Of a DNA stretch of 64,000 nucleotides, positions 55,386-64,000 are shown piece after piece (positions within the stretch are counted from its first letter, which is position 1; each line of letters begins with the position of its first letter). Origin of the DNA: the human T2T-CHM13v2.0 reference genome, Homo sapiens. The notes beneath the pieces are model-generated. The model saw only the letters and a program-made list of their open reading frames with translations. It made no database searches and had not been told where the DNA came from. The stretch lies in NCBI RefSeq assembly GCF_009914755.1, contig NC_060933.1. The stretch is one strand, 5' to 3'. A program made the translations under genes and the position numbers.

Positions 55386-55932
55386 AGTTACAGGAAAGGG
55401 GTCCCAATCCAGACTCCAAGAGAGGATTCCTGGATAGACCTCGAACAAGAAAGAATTCAGGGCAAGTCCCTAAAGTGAAAGCAAGTTTATTAGGAAAGTA
55501 GAGGAACAAAAGAATGGCTACTCCATAGACAGAGCAGCCCTGAGGGCTGCTGGTGCCCATTTTTATGGCTGTTTCTTGATTATATGCTAAACAAGGGGTG
55601 GATTATTCATGCCTCCCCCTTTTAGACCTATAGGGTAACTTCCTGACGTTGCCATGACATTTGTAAACTGTCATGGCACTGGTGGGAGTATAGCAGTGAC
55701 GATGACCAGAGATCACTCTCATTTCTGTCTTGTTTTTGGTGGGTTTTAGCCAGCTTCTTTACTGTAACCTGCTTTATCAGCAAGGTCTTTATGACCTGTA
55801 TCTTGTGCTCCCTATCTTCATCCTTTGAGTTAGAATTCCTTAACTGTCTGGGAATACAGCCCAGTAGGTTTCAGTCTCATTTACCCAGCTCCTATTCAAG
55901 ATGGAGTCGCTCTGGTTCACACGCCTCTGACA
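55386..55932 (-). mobile_element. MER41A solo LTR (no GAS segment), inserted in an MLT1-like relic
   Basis: Minus strand begins TGTCAGAGGCGTGTGAACCAGAGCGACTCCATCTTGAATAGG; 4-bp TSD GTTC (55382-55385, 55933-55936). Confidence 0.9.
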
Positions 55933-55999
55933 GTTCTAGGCTTCACATACAGTTAAAGTATTCCAGAGACAGAAAAAGAATCTCTGCTCTCTTTTCTCT

Positions 56000-63758
<7,759 letters not shown>

Positions 63759-63760
<2 letters not shown>

Positions 63761-64000
63761 TTTTTTTTCCTAAACGAGACTGGAGTCTCACTTTGTGGCC
63801 CAGGCTAGAGTGCAGTGGTGCAGTCATAGCTCATTGTAGCCTTAAACTCCTGCACTCCAGCGATCTTCCTGCCTCAGTCTCCTGAGGAGGTGGTACTACA
63901 GACACATGTCACCATGCCTGGTTAATTTTTAAATTTTTTGGAGAGATCGAGTCTCACTGTGTTGTCTATACTGGTCTTGAACTCCTAGCCTCAAGTAAAT
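63759..64000 (-). mobile_element. AluJ (runs off the right edge)
   Basis: Alu consensus. Confidence 0.9.

Overview
Human (primate) genomic DNA, very rich in Alu, L1 and LTR elements. There are two gene-level features. (1) A processed prothymosin-alpha (PTMA) retrocopy on the - strand at ~88-1340. Its 109-aa ORF is intact and its 3' UTR has been hit by two AluY insertions. (2) A CpG island at ~27.9-29.1 kb with the promoter and first coding exon (36 codons, MSVEPPPELEEK...AGSTW) of MFSD14B/HIATL1 on the + strand. Everything after 28577 is intron 1, and I found no exon 2 in the window. From recall this fits the 9q22.32 MFSD14B locus, but the paralog MFSD14CP cannot be excluded from exon 1 alone. 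Almost all other ORFs in the track are Alu/L1 artefacts. I cannot demonstrate a new biological system. The best leads are: (a) a MER41B LTR with an intact tandem STAT1 GAS pair and a co-oriented ERV1 LTR upstream of the intact PTMA retrocopy; (b) a Pro5-Arg5 uORF whose stop overlaps the MFSD14B start codon (ATGA); (c) three cases of short non-consensus sequence shared between Alu copies, suggesting template switching or gene conversion; (d) a strong cryptic acceptor plus AATAAA in intron 1. Repeat subfamily names come from recalled consensus sequences, and boundaries are approximate unless a target-site duplication (TSD) is quoted.
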